From positions 64,001 through 128,000 of the forward strand of contig JBDHZC010000001.1 of the NCBI GenBank assembly GCA_039811685.1: DNA of 64,000 bases, written 5' to 3'. Shown in pieces: positions 38,177 through 47,940 of the stretch. This DNA is from Armatimonadota bacterium (lineage in GTDB: Bacteria > Armatimonadota > UBA5829 > DSUL01). The stretch's first letter is position 1. The number at the start of each line of letters is the position of its first letter. Made by a program: the position numbers and the translations under genes. The notes beneath the pieces were generated by a model that saw only the letters and a list, made by a program, of their open reading frames with translations, did not search any database and was not told where the DNA came from.

Positions 38177-39007
38177 CTAGAACTCGGGTGGGAGTTGTTG
38201 AAGCTCGGCGTAGGAGAACACCGGCCCGTCTATGCAGACAAACTTCTCGCCGATGTTGCACCGTCCGCATTTGCCGATTCCGCACTTCATCTTCATCTCA
38301 AGAGTAGTGTATATCTGCTCGGCCGCAAATCCAAGCTTTTCAAGATTCTGAAGCACGAACTTGATCATGACAGGTGGCCCGCAGGTGATAGCGATGGTGT
38401 TTTCAGGCGTTGGCGCCAGATCCACCAGATAGGCAGGCACAAATCCCACATTTCCTTTCCAGTTATCATCGCCTTTGTCCACCGTGAGATACAGATTGGT
38501 ATCCGGAGCGCTGCGCCACGCATCAAACTCGCTTCTGAAACACAGATCATCAGGAGATCGCCCGCCGTAGATGATGTCAATCTCTGCGTAGTCCGAGCGA
38601 TTGTCCAGACAGAAGTTGAGCAGTGAGCGCAGCGGCGCCATTCCGATTCCGCCACCTATGAAGAGCAGCCTGTGATCTTTGAAGCGCTCGTACGGAAACC
38701 AGTTGCCAAACGGCCCGCGGATGCCCACAGTCTCACCCAGGCTCATCTCGTGCAGAGCAGTTGTGACCTGGCCAACTTTCTTCACTGCGAACTCTACCAT
38801 GCCAGGTCGCGTCGGTGTGCTGGTCAGGCAGAATGTGGACTCTCCAACTCCAAACACCGAGACTTCCTGAAACTGTCCTGGTTCGTAGGAGAAGTCCTGG
38901 CGAAGCGCAGTATCAGAGAAAACGGCCCGGAAGGTTTTGGTGTCTGGAGTCTCCTCCACAATCTCCTCAACGGTCGCAAGCTCAGGTAGATACGGATTGG
39001 TGTTCAT
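38177..39007 (-). CDS. flxA: FlxA (AsrB/HydG-like FAD/NAD-binding 2Fe-2S subunit)
   Basis: PGQF, RGPFGN, GGGIGMAPLRS, CGPP, MKCGIGKCGRC..CIDGP. Confidence 0.85.
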   Translation of the reverse strand: MNTNPYLPELATVEEIVEETPDTKTFRAVFSDTALRQDFSYEPGQFQEVSVFGVGESTFCLTSTPTRPGMVEFAVKKVGQVTTALHEMSLGETVGIRGPFGNWFPYERFKDHRLLFIGGGIGMAPLRSLLNFCLDNRSDYAEIDIIYGGRSPDDLCFRSEFDAWRSAPDTNLYLTVDKGDDNWKGNVGFVPAYLVDLAPTPENTIAITCGPPVMIKFVLQNLEKLGFAAEQIYTTLEMKMKCGIGKCGRCNIGEKFVCIDGPVFSYAELQQLPPEF

Positions 39008-40022
39008 GGCTATCCGACATCCTCTTCAGGACTTCCCGCAAATCTGTGTTGACCGGACACAGCTCAACGCATCGCCCACACCCGACGCATCCGAGAATAC
39101 CGCACTGCTCCACAATGTATTTGAACTTGTGCGACACTCTCTGCCGGATGCGCTCAGGCTTGCCAGGGCGCGGGTTGTGTCCGTGTCCCATATGCGTAAA
39201 GTCGCAGAACTGACAGGTGTCACGGACACGGTAGCGCTCGACGCAACCGCCGGACAACTCCTCGTCCTGAATGTCAAAGCAGGTGCAGGTCGGGCACAGA
39301 TAGGAACAGACGCCGCAGCCGATGCACCTCTCGGCCAATTGAGTCCATTCAGCGGAATCCCAGTTTACGAACTCGGCGGCTTCGGAGGCGTCGAACTTAC
39401 GCTCCGCAACGCGCAGCTCCTCCCAGACACAGTCGCGCTGCGCTATGTCGCTTTCCGTGACGAGCGCCATCGGGATCAGACGCGCAAGGGTCTCTCCGGC
39501 CGGTGAATTGGCGCAGACCACGTAGCGTTCGCCAATATCTGTCAGACTTACATCTGCTGCCGCCGCCCACTCCACAGGATCGCCCACACTGGAGCAGAAG
39601 CAGCTCCAGCGCTTCTTTTCGCATACGTAAGCGACAGTCAGGAGGTTGTCGCGCCGAGCTTTGTAGTACGGGTCCTTGAATCGTCCATCCAGATAGACCT
39701 CGTCCAGTATGCTCAGCGACCTCAGGTCGCATGGGCGCAGGCCTATGAGCACAGTCGCTTGAGGACGTGGGATTCCGGGGATAATCGCCGGGCCCTCGGG
39801 CGTCCTCTGAAAAGTGAACAGCGTCTCGGAGCGTGGGAGGATATGGTCTTTGGGCGGCAGCGTCCACTGGCCGTTGTCCAGGAGCGGAGTGACTCCCGGT
39901 GGCAGCGGCTGGAATGCCGGAGGGCCAGAGGCTTGGGACTGAGGCCCAACCACTTCGTGATCAACCGCCATCGCAGCAAGCCATGTGCTCAGATCGGACT
40001 TTTCCAGAACAAACTCTTGCAT
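38982..40022 (-). CDS. flxB: FlxB (AsrA-like 4Fe-4S subunit)
   Basis: RPCD, CFC, CIGCGVCSYLCPTCTCF, CVGCGRCVELCP; ATG after GGAGG. Confidence 0.82.
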   Translation of the reverse strand: MQEFVLEKSDLSTWLAAMAVDHEVVGPQSQASGPPAFQPLPPGVTPLLDNGQWTLPPKDHILPRSETLFTFQRTPEGPAIIPGIPRPQATVLIGLRPCDLRSLSILDEVYLDGRFKDPYYKARRDNLLTVAYVCEKKRWSCFCSSVGDPVEWAAAADVSLTDIGERYVVCANSPAGETLARLIPMALVTESDIAQRDCVWEELRVAERKFDASEAAEFVNWDSAEWTQLAERCIGCGVCSYLCPTCTCFDIQDEELSGGCVERYRVRDTCQFCDFTHMGHGHNPRPGKPERIRQRVSHKFKYIVEQCGILGCVGCGRCVELCPVNTDLREVLKRMSDSHEHQSVST

Positions 40023-40026
40023 ATCT

Positions 40027-40971
40027 TCAGCCCTCCGGGCCCTCATCGTCATCTCTGAATGTACCGAGCGGGGTCGGCTCATCAGTTGCCGCGCCTGCCC
40101 GGTAGTCAAAAAGCTCTTCCACGTCTCTGGCCATCTCGCGCATCAAGAGACTGACAGGCAGGCCCATCGGGCACGCTCTCTCGCACTCGCCACACGCAGC
40201 GCATCGGCCAGCCAGGTGCATCGCGCGGGTTGTGTGGTACATCCAGTTCTCATCTGCCTGAATCTTCTTTGAAAGCCACTTTGGGACGGCGCAGTCAGCA
40301 AAACAGGTTGTGCAGTAGCATAGCGGACAAACCTGCCGGCATGCGTAACAGCGGATACATGCCTCAAAAGCCTGCGCCCAGAACTTGCGTCTGTCTTCGG
40401 CTTTCTCAGGGAGCGTCAACTCTGCTGTTGCTCGCGCTTTCACCTCTTCGCCAATCAGCACGTCGTAAATCGGCGGTGCGCTTCGTTCACACGCGAGACA
40501 CGCTTCCTTCAGGGCGTGAGAAGCAGGCACATTCAGAGTCTGTTCCGAAGTTTCGATGGCAATAGTGTCGCCAGACGCATCAATCGAGACGATATCTTCT
40601 TCATCCACGCCGGATTTGCGCAGCCTTCCCGCGTCAATAACTCCTCTGCACGGGACTCCCAGGATATAGACCTGCTCTCGCTCAATCTGCTTCTCTTGAA
40701 TCAGCACAGCGATGGCCGCGGCGTCACAGCTCTTGGCCACGACAGCTACACGTTCAGTGCGCGCTAGATCGCGCACGTACAGAGCGAGATTGTCCGCGCA
40801 CGACGCCGACCAGACCAGTTGGTCAACCTCATCAGAAGTGCGGACAAAGACAGGCGTGGTGCGCGCTTGTGTGCTGGCTTCGCCAAATCCGACGATCACC
40901 TGCACGTCGCCGCTTTCCAGAAGCTGCCTTGCCTGCTCTCTGATTGTCTGCGTTTGCGCATTCATAGCCAA
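40027..40971 (-). CDS. flxC: FlxC (FrhB-like / 4Fe-4S dicluster subunit)
   Basis: KSCD, GVPC, CLAC, CIRCYACRQVCPLCYC, HLAGRCAACGECERACP. Confidence 0.8.
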   Translation of the reverse strand: MAMNAQTQTIREQARQLLESGDVQVIVGFGEASTQARTTPVFVRTSDEVDQLVWSASCADNLALYVRDLARTERVAVVAKSCDAAAIAVLIQEKQIEREQVYILGVPCRGVIDAGRLRKSGVDEEDIVSIDASGDTIAIETSEQTLNVPASHALKEACLACERSAPPIYDVLIGEEVKARATAELTLPEKAEDRRKFWAQAFEACIRCYACRQVCPLCYCTTCFADCAVPKWLSKKIQADENWMYHTTRAMHLAGRCAACGECERACPMGLPVSLLMREMARDVEELFDYRAGAATDEPTPLGTFRDDDEGPEG

Positions 40972-40974
40972 TCT

Positions 40975-41562
40975 CTACGGGTCAGGCGAAGGTATCGGCG
41001 GCTCATCAGCCGCGCCTGTGTGGACCTGTACAAGCGGAATTACCTCGCGCGATGCCGCGGGCGAGACACCTGGCCCGTCCGGCACACCTTCTGACGTCAC
41101 TCCGCGGAATGGACCCAGCTTCTTCAGGCGCTCCGTCATCTCGGAGACGCTCTCAGCCCAGAGGTTGCCCTCCGACGCTGACACCCATTGAAACTGAAAG
41201 CGTTCCTCCTCGATACCCAGCTTGGCCAGGAATTTTTTCAGAAGGGTCAGGCGTCTGCGGGCGTAGTAGTTGCCTTTGGCGTAGTGGCAGTCTCCCGGGT
41301 GACATCCCGAAACCAGCACGCCGTCGAAGCCGCGCATAAAGCCCTTCAACACATACTGAGGATTCACGCGCCCGCTACAGGGGACGCGGACGATACGCAC
41401 GTTCGCCGGATACTTCAAGCGGGCGGACCCGGCCAGATCTGCCCCGGCATAGGAACACCAGTTGCAGAGAATCCCCAGAATCCGCGGCTCAACCGCGCTA
41501 TCCTGACCTTCCGCCGTCTGCTCCTTTAACTGATCTTTGTTTACCGATGTCGCCTCTAGCAT
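40975..41562 (-). CDS. flxD: FlxD / MvhD-like 2Fe-2S subunit
   Basis: LCNWCSYAGAD, VPCSGRV, GCHPGDCHY, WVSASEG. Confidence 0.88.
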   Translation of the reverse strand: MLEATSVNKDQLKEQTAEGQDSAVEPRILGILCNWCSYAGADLAGSARLKYPANVRIVRVPCSGRVNPQYVLKGFMRGFDGVLVSGCHPGDCHYAKGNYYARRRLTLLKKFLAKLGIEEERFQFQWVSASEGNLWAESVSEMTERLKKLGPFRGVTSEGVPDGPGVSPAASREVIPLVQVHTGAADEPPIPSPDP

Positions 41563-41613
41563 TGGTCTATTCTGCCCGCAACAAATAACCGTCCGGATGT
41601 TGTAAACGGCGCT

Positions 41614-43590
41614 CTACATCAACGCCAGCGCGTCAATTTGCGCGAGAACCTGTGCGTCAGTGAAGCCACGCAGCTCGATGCAGTTTCCTCTACACCCAGC
41701 CGCGCACGTTCCACAACCATGACACAGACTCTCATTCACCTTTGCTGCAAGCCGTATCTGTTTGGTTTTAGCATCCTGAATCTCGACGATTTCGATTGCC
41801 GTGAACGGACACACGCCCGCGCACAACTGGCAAGCCACGCACCGCGCCTGGTCAACTGTTGCGATCATCGGCTCAGAGCGCAGATGCGGCCTGGCAAACA
41901 GCCCTGTGACCTTTGAAGCGGCTCCGGAAGCCTGGGCTACCGTGTCTGGTATGTCTTTCGGGTATTGACACGCACCGGCAAGATAGATGCCTGCGCTCAG
42001 CACCTCAACTGGCTTCAGCTTGGGGTGGGCCTCTGAAAACCAGTTGTGCTGATCTGTAGAAATGCCCAGCATACGCGCAAGGTTTTTCGCGTCAGGCTGC
42101 GGCTCCATAGCGGTCGCCAGTACGACCATGTCCGCTTCGATTTGTACCTGCTTGCCGAGCAGTGTATCTGCTCCTTTGACCACGACTTTGTCGCCGTCCT
42201 GATAGATACGCGACACACGCCCGCGGATGTAGTTAGCGCCGTACTCTTCGATTGCCCGCCTGGAAAACTCTTCGTATCCCTTTCCGTTAGCGCGGATGTC
42301 CATATAAAAAACGTACATTTGCGCGTCGTGAAGCTTCTCCTTGAGGAGCAGGGCGTGCTTTGCCGTGTACATACAGCACACCTTGCTGCAGTAGGAGTGT
42401 CCATGATTTTCGTCCCGCGATCCTACGCAGGCGACGAAGACGACACTCCGTGGTACTTTCCCGTCAGAGGGCCTAACGATTTTGCCCTCTGTGGGGCCTG
42501 AAGCGTTCATCAGACGTTCAAGTTGAATCCCGGAGATGACGTCAGGAATCTGTCCGTACCCGTACTCGCCAATCTGCCGGTGGTCCCACATGTTGAAGCC
42601 AGTCGCCACCACGATAGCGCCAAACTCCTCCATGGTCACCTGATCCTGCTGCTCGTAGTCTACTGCTCCTGTCGGGCACACCTTCGCGCACACACCGCAC
42701 TTCTGATCGTTCCAGAGGCGGCAGTGCTCGCGATCTATGACCGGAATGTTGGGCACTGCCTGGGGAAAGGGCACATACATAGCGCGCCGCTGCCCCATGT
42801 CTTCTTCGAACTCGCTGTTCACGCGCACGGGACATTTTGTTGTGCACAAGCCGCATCCGGTGCACTTTGATTCATCAACGCTCTTGGCTTTCTGGCGGAT
42901 GGCAACTCTAAAATTTCCGACAAAGCCGCTGACTTCTTCAACCTCCGCATAGGTACGAATATCTATATGCGGGTGTGACACGCAGTCCACCATTTTTGGC
43001 GTGAGGATGCAGGCTGCGCAGTCGAGCGTGGGAAACGTCTTGTCGTACTGCGCCATCCGACCGCCGATGCTGGGGGTGCGCTCAACCAGTGTGACCGGAT
43101 AGCCGGCGTCAGCAATGTCGAGCGCTGCCTGAATACCCGCAATGCCTCCTCCTATAACCAGCGCCCGCTTTGTCAGCGGAATCTGATTCTGGAAGAGCGG
43201 GAAATCTCGTCGGACTTTTGCCACCAGCATGCGGATGATGTCAATGGCTTTTTCTGTAGCTTTTTCCCTGTCATCGTGGACCCAGGAGACATGCTCCCGT
43301 ATGTTGGCCATCTCGACCATATAAGGGTTCAGGCCGGCCTCAGCGATGCATCTCTGAAAAGTCGCTTCGTGCAGGCGCGGAGAGCAGGAGGCGATAACAA
43401 TGCGATCCAGTTTGTGCTCGTGAATGGCTTCTTTGACCAGGTTCTGGCCTGGCTCCGAGCACATGTATTTGTAGTCCGTGGCGAAAACGACGCCCGGCAT
43501 AGAGGCGGCTGCTTCAGCCGCTCTTGCTACATCAACTGTTTTTGCAATGTTCGATCCGCACCAGCAGACGAACACGCCGACTCGAGACAT
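41614..43590 (-). CDS. hdrA: heterodisulfide reductase subunit A (bifurcating flavoprotein)
   Basis: GVFVCWCGSNI, CSPRLHE, NIREH, GGGIAG, KTFPTLDCAAC, CVGSRD..YCSKVCC, ferredoxin motifs. Confidence 0.95.
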   Translation of the reverse strand: MSRVGVFVCWCGSNIAKTVDVARAAEAAASMPGVVFATDYKYMCSEPGQNLVKEAIHEHKLDRIVIASCSPRLHEATFQRCIAEAGLNPYMVEMANIREHVSWVHDDREKATEKAIDIIRMLVAKVRRDFPLFQNQIPLTKRALVIGGGIAGIQAALDIADAGYPVTLVERTPSIGGRMAQYDKTFPTLDCAACILTPKMVDCVSHPHIDIRTYAEVEEVSGFVGNFRVAIRQKAKSVDESKCTGCGLCTTKCPVRVNSEFEEDMGQRRAMYVPFPQAVPNIPVIDREHCRLWNDQKCGVCAKVCPTGAVDYEQQDQVTMEEFGAIVVATGFNMWDHRQIGEYGYGQIPDVISGIQLERLMNASGPTEGKIVRPSDGKVPRSVVFVACVGSRDENHGHSYCSKVCCMYTAKHALLLKEKLHDAQMYVFYMDIRANGKGYEEFSRRAIEEYGANYIRGRVSRIYQDGDKVVVKGADTLLGKQVQIEADMVVLATAMEPQPDAKNLARMLGISTDQHNWFSEAHPKLKPVEVLSAGIYLAGACQYPKDIPDTVAQASGAASKVTGLFARPHLRSEPMIATVDQARCVACQLCAGVCPFTAIEIVEIQDAKTKQIRLAAKVNESLCHGCGTCAAGCRGNCIELRGFTDAQVLAQIDALALM

Positions 43591-43666
43591 TGACTTAGCC
43601 CTGATTAGTTGTTGTCAACTGCACTTTTGCCGTCCAAAGTGTCACTGTCCATCCGTGTCTTAGCGC

Positions 43667-44596
43667 CTATGGCAGGCTCACCAGAGCCGGATCAGACATG
43701 TCCTGTACGGCGGCCAGGCGTCGAATCACCCCTCCAGCGTTGACCATGTGCATCCTCAGCCATGACTCAACACCGGGCAGACTCATCGCCAGCCCCATCA
43801 TCTCAGTGAAATAAAGAACCGGGAGGCCTATCTGCTGTCCGCTCACCTTCTCAATGGTGGCCTGCCGCATGTCCAGATTCGCCATACAAAGTGGACATGC
43901 GCACACAATGCACTCAGCCCCACAACGCTTTGCCATCCGAAGCACGTCACCGGTCAGCTTCATGACTATGTCCGTGCGTGTCAGAGAAAAACTTGCTCCG
44001 CAGCACTCCGTTTTGTGCGGCCACGCTACAGGTTCGGCTCCCAGCGCCGCCACCAACTGATCCAGAATCTGCGGGTCCTCCGGCCGGTCAAAGGCGACGG
44101 CATCAGGTGGGCGAACCATCAGACAACCGTAATAGCAGGCGGCTTTCAGCCCGTCCAGAGGCCGTACAACCTTCTCCTTGATGGCTTCCAGTCCGGCGTC
44201 ATTGATGACGATGTCCAGCAGGGTCCGCACGTTTGCGCTGCCATCGTAAGACTGCGAGAGCGCTGTCTCGACGCGTTGGCGAAGCTCGGCCTCTTCGCGA
44301 ATGCGCATATTGGCGACGGCGAGCCGGTTGAAGCACGCGGCGCATGGCACTGCGACATCCATCTGCATTTTGCAGGCAATGGCCAGGTTTCGGGCTGGTA
44401 GCGCTGCGCTCAGCAAATTGTCTGTGCCGTGCGCTGAGCTCGCTCCACAGCAGTTCCAGTCCGGAATTTCCACCAGGTCCATACCAAGCGCCGAACAGAC
44501 AGCGTCAATGGACAGTCCGTAATCTCTGGCCGTTCCGTGGATGGAGCATCCGGGGTAATAGGCGTATGTCAGCTCGCTGTTGTTACTGGCGCCCAT
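43667..44596 (-). CDS. hdrB: heterodisulfide reductase subunit B
   Basis: Two CCG domains: YYPGC..WNCCG..CAAC and YYGC..ECCG..CPLC; ATG after AGGAGAGG. Confidence 0.93.
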   Translation of the reverse strand: MGASNNSELTYAYYPGCSIHGTARDYGLSIDAVCSALGMDLVEIPDWNCCGASSAHGTDNLLSAALPARNLAIACKMQMDVAVPCAACFNRLAVANMRIREEAELRQRVETALSQSYDGSANVRTLLDIVINDAGLEAIKEKVVRPLDGLKAACYYGCLMVRPPDAVAFDRPEDPQILDQLVAALGAEPVAWPHKTECCGASFSLTRTDIVMKLTGDVLRMAKRCGAECIVCACPLCMANLDMRQATIEKVSGQQIGLPVLYFTEMMGLAMSLPGVESWLRMHMVNAGGVIRRLAAVQDMSDPALVSLP

Positions 44597-45197
44597 TGTC
44601 CTCTCCTGGAGTCTGAGCTTCGCCAAAAATAGCCTGGACAGCCGCCTTATCTTTAACCGGGTCGGGCAGGGGGTTGAGTCGGCCTTTCTTGAGAAGCGCC
44701 AGTCCGAGCGGAATGTCTTTGGTCAGCTTGCCGGTTTTCAGTTTAAGCGCCGCAATGAGCCCGGCTTCGTGCATTCTGCCGCTTTTTCTTATGCTGGACA
44801 GAAAAACCTCGTGGAAGCTCTGAACGTCCGTTTCTGGAGATTTGACATGGCGTTTGCTGGCCATCTGGCGGAGAGCATCCATAATCGCGCACAGATCAAC
44901 ATTCTTCGGACACCGCGTCGCACACGTTTCACATCCAACGCAGATCCAGATGGAGTTACAGGACAGCGCTTCCTCTGCCATCCCCAGTTGAACCAGCCTG
45001 GAGACCTGATTCGGCTTGAAGTCCATTGCGAAGGCGGTGGGACATCCTGCAGTGCACTCGCCGCACTGATAGCAGAGAGAGACGTTCTGGCCACTCAGCG
45101 AGTTGACCCGCTCGAAAAACTCCGGGTCGGATCGGTGTCCCCCTACAGTCAGATTCGAGAGATCGTTCGCAGTTTTGTCAGGAGTGTCATCAGACAA
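44583..45197 (-). CDS. hdrC: heterodisulfide reductase subunit C
   Basis: CYQCGECTAGCP and WICVGCETCATRCP. Confidence 0.93.
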   Translation of the reverse strand: MSDDTPDKTANDLSNLTVGGHRSDPEFFERVNSLSGQNVSLCYQCGECTAGCPTAFAMDFKPNQVSRLVQLGMAEEALSCNSIWICVGCETCATRCPKNVDLCAIMDALRQMASKRHVKSPETDVQSFHEVFLSSIRKSGRMHEAGLIAALKLKTGKLTKDIPLGLALLKKGRLNPLPDPVKDKAAVQAIFGEAQTPGEDNGRQ

Positions 45198-45269
45198 CGT
45201 TTCACCCGTTCCTTCTCACGGTTCGGAACGGCCCGTGCCACGCCGACCGGGCTTATGAGTGACACTACA

Positions 45270-45299
45270 ATTGTCAGATGTTTACGCTATTCTGACAAT
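45270..45299. promoter_or_regulatory. palindromic operator candidate upstream of hdrC
   Basis: ATTGTCAGA-N12-TCTGACAAT perfect inverted repeat in AT-richer intergenic DNA. Confidence 0.5.
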
Positions 45300-45396
45300 C
45301 GCCTAATAGTACGTTGATCTGACTACGGAAGTTGGTAGCGGTTGTGGCTCGTCAGTACTGTCTCTTAGTGGGACTTTTGCTCCAGGCCGGTTTGCC

Positions 45397-45738
45397 TCAG
45401 CCTTGAGAAACGGGTTCAATAACGACAGCCGTGCCGTACGTGAGCACTTCTGTCACCCCGTCTGTGACGTCGTTGGCGTCGTAGCGCACCCCGATTATGG
45501 CATTAGCGCCGACCTGAGAGGCGTGAGTCATCATCAGGTCAAAGGCTTCCTGTCTGGCAGTCTCACAAAGCTCTGTGTAGAGGGTGATATTGCCGCCGAA
45601 TATCTGCTGTACGCTTGCGCCGATCTGACCCAGAGCGCTACGGGAGCGCACAGTTACACCGCGTACAATGCCCAGATAGCGCACAATCCGAAATCCTTGA
45701 AAATCAAATGTCGTTGTGCACCACTCTCTTAAGACCAT
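45397..45738 (-). CDS. YbjQ/UPF0145 family protein
   Basis: TTT..I..YLGIVRG, GGNITLY, AR..A, GANAIIGVRYD, YGTAV. Confidence 0.92.
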   Translation of the reverse strand: MVLREWCTTTFDFQGFRIVRYLGIVRGVTVRSRSALGQIGASVQQIFGGNITLYTELCETARQEAFDLMMTHASQVGANAIIGVRYDANDVTDGVTEVLTYGTAVVIEPVSQG

Positions 45739-45803
45739 AGTCAGATGCCTTTCATTTCGTTGGTAAGAAACTGCTTATGGTATTCCACGCTTTCCGCGTG
45801 CGC

Positions 45804-47105
45804 TCACCTGGCCTGAGACTCCTGCAGCCGCAGTAGCGCGCCCTGTCCCGGCGCAAGCCAGTATCCGTTTTCGGTGTCCAGCGCTTTCAGCGATCCGTCA
45901 ACAGCGGAGATGACTTCGGCGCTGCGGTCCTTCTCTGTCCACTGCGGCGCTATATTTGCCGATTTTTCAAGGCTCAGGTTCACGATCATCGCATAGTCGC
46001 TGCCGTCTTTCGCCCGGAACTCACCGATCATCAAAGCAGGCGCTTCCTCGCTGAATCCCGACAGCGACGCACGGGACACAACCGACCGCACCAGCCTGCC
46101 AGGCAAAGGTGGAAGGCCGTCTGCCGGGGCTGGCCGGGTGAAGAAGACGCCGGTTGAGTCCATCCGGTTCATCAATGGTCCCAGAGTCTTCACCTGCCTG
46201 TTCACCATCTGCAGATAGAACCAGGTGTCCGTGCGCGCGCCGGCCTTATCAATGGGAGCGTAGTCGTATCCGCGCTGGTGGTAGGTGTACCAGGCCAGCC
46301 CGCGCGCGCCGGCGGCCAGCGTGGTATAGGCTTGAAGCATCAGGTTTGCGGGAGAGGGCGCCGTCGTCCACGGACGGATGCGATTGGAGCACGCCGTGTT
46401 CCAGAAGGGTAGCCCGCTCTTCTGAGCGATGCGGCGAACTTCCATGAGGTCTGTAAAATACACCCCTCCCAAATCCCGGTTTTGCAGGTTGTCCGATATG
46501 AAAATCCTGTAGTTGTCGTAGCTCAGAAATTGGGGTTGAACTTCGCGCACAAAGCGCTCCAGATACTCAGTGAAGCTCGCTGCGCCAAGTTGTGACTGAT
46601 CTGGCGCTCCGATGGTTGCGTATCCGGGAAACAAGTTGATGTAGGCCAGCTTGCCCGGCGCATGCGTCTTGACGGCTCTTACCGCCTCAGCCAGCGCAGC
46701 GAACCTGGATGTTCCCGGCTCATCCATGATGTAATAGCCTAGCACCTCCGGCTCTTCCCTGGTCGTTTGAACCCACGCCCCCACTTCGCCATCTACCGCA
46801 TCCAGTTGTACGCCCAGCCACTTCTTCTTCCACGGCTCAAGCTGCGGAGGGGCGATAATCGCCTTCAGGCTGACGCGCTTGCACACCGGCAGGTCTTTAG
46901 CCTCCACGAATCCCGCTACAGTAAAATTGCACGCAGCCACACTCTCAAGCGGATGCTGAAAGCCCTTGACGGGAAGTTCCCAGCCCTGCAGACCATCCCA
47001 GGGCATAATCGGAAAGAAATCCTCCGCCAAAGCTCCCGCCGCCGCAGGGGCCGCCAGTGCCATCAAAGCAACCAACCACCACAGATGTATCAATGCCCTT
47101 CTCAT
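45804..47105 (-). CDS. secreted glycoside-hydrolase-like TIM-barrel protein
   Basis: Signal peptide; GYYIMDEP, YINLFP, LSYDNY, GARGLAWYTY; last gene of a sugar ABC operon. Confidence 0.6.
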   Translation of the reverse strand: MRRALIHLWWLVALMALAAPAAAGALAEDFFPIMPWDGLQGWELPVKGFQHPLESVAACNFTVAGFVEAKDLPVCKRVSLKAIIAPPQLEPWKKKWLGVQLDAVDGEVGAWVQTTREEPEVLGYYIMDEPGTSRFAALAEAVRAVKTHAPGKLAYINLFPGYATIGAPDQSQLGAASFTEYLERFVREVQPQFLSYDNYRIFISDNLQNRDLGGVYFTDLMEVRRIAQKSGLPFWNTACSNRIRPWTTAPSPANLMLQAYTTLAAGARGLAWYTYHQRGYDYAPIDKAGARTDTWFYLQMVNRQVKTLGPLMNRMDSTGVFFTRPAPADGLPPLPGRLVRSVVSRASLSGFSEEAPALMIGEFRAKDGSDYAMIVNLSLEKSANIAPQWTEKDRSAEVISAVDGSLKALDTENGYWLAPGQGALLRLQESQAR

Positions 47106-47938
47106 CCTTTCATTCCTGTCAGGGTAATGCCCTCGATGAACTGTTTCTGCGCCAGAAAGAACACTGCTACAAGCGGGAGAGTTACTACAGTCGCCGCCGC
47201 CATCAGCAGATTCCACTCAGCGCCATGCCGCCCAATGAAGCTGTAGAGTCCCAGCGCCAGAGTGTATTGTTCTGGCCGATGGAGGTAGACCAGGGGGCCC
47301 ATATAATCCATCCAGCGATTGATGAATACGAGTAGCCCGATGGTCGCCAAAGCCGGCCGAGAGAGCGGCAGGACGATTCCGGTGAATATCTGCCAGTCGC
47401 TGCAGCCGTCAATCTCCGCCGCATCCGAAAGCTCCTGTGGGATTGTCCGGAAAAACTGGCGCAGCAGGAAGATGGATATCGCTGCTCCGAAAAAGCTCGG
47501 AACGATCAATGGGAGATACGTCCCCGTCCATCCGAGCTTGCGAAAAAGGATGAAGACTGGTATCAGAGTCACCTGTTCAGGAAGCATGATAGTCGAGAGC
47601 ATCAACAGGAACAGTGCATCCCGGCCAGGCCAGCGCACGCGACTGAAGCCGTAAGCCACAAGGCTGCTGGACAATACCACGCCAAGACTGCACGTGATAG
47701 CGATGAACAGGGTATTGCCCAGATATCTGGCAAACGGGAATGCCGTCAGCGCCGCAGGATAATTCGACCATTGCGGTGTCCTCGGTATCCAGTGCACTCC
47801 CTGCGCAAAAATCTCGGTGTCCGGCTTCAGGGAGGTGGAGACCATCCACAGAAACGGCACGCAGAAGGCGCCGGCCAAAAGCGTGAGAGTGGTGTAAGAA
47901 ATGGCAGCGTTCAGGAGTTTGGCCGGGCGCTTCAGCAC
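47102..47938 (-). CDS. carbohydrate ABC permease (MalG-like)
   Basis: PFLWMVSTSLK, FLLRQFF..IPQELSDAAEIDG EAA loop. Confidence 0.93.
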   Translation of the reverse strand: MLKRPAKLLNAAISYTTLTLLAGAFCVPFLWMVSTSLKPDTEIFAQGVHWIPRTPQWSNYPAALTAFPFARYLGNTLFIAITCSLGVVLSSSLVAYGFSRVRWPGRDALFLLMLSTIMLPEQVTLIPVFILFRKLGWTGTYLPLIVPSFFGAAISIFLLRQFFRTIPQELSDAAEIDGCSDWQIFTGIVLPLSRPALATIGLLVFINRWMDYMGPLVYLHRPEQYTLALGLYSFIGRHGAEWNLLMAAATVVTLPLVAVFFLAQKQFIEGITLTGMKG

Positions 47939-47940
47939 TC

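Noticed and set aside
40975..43590. Selenocysteine recoding in HdrA or MvhD/FlxD
   Set aside because: Frames are uninterrupted and the relevant positions are Cys
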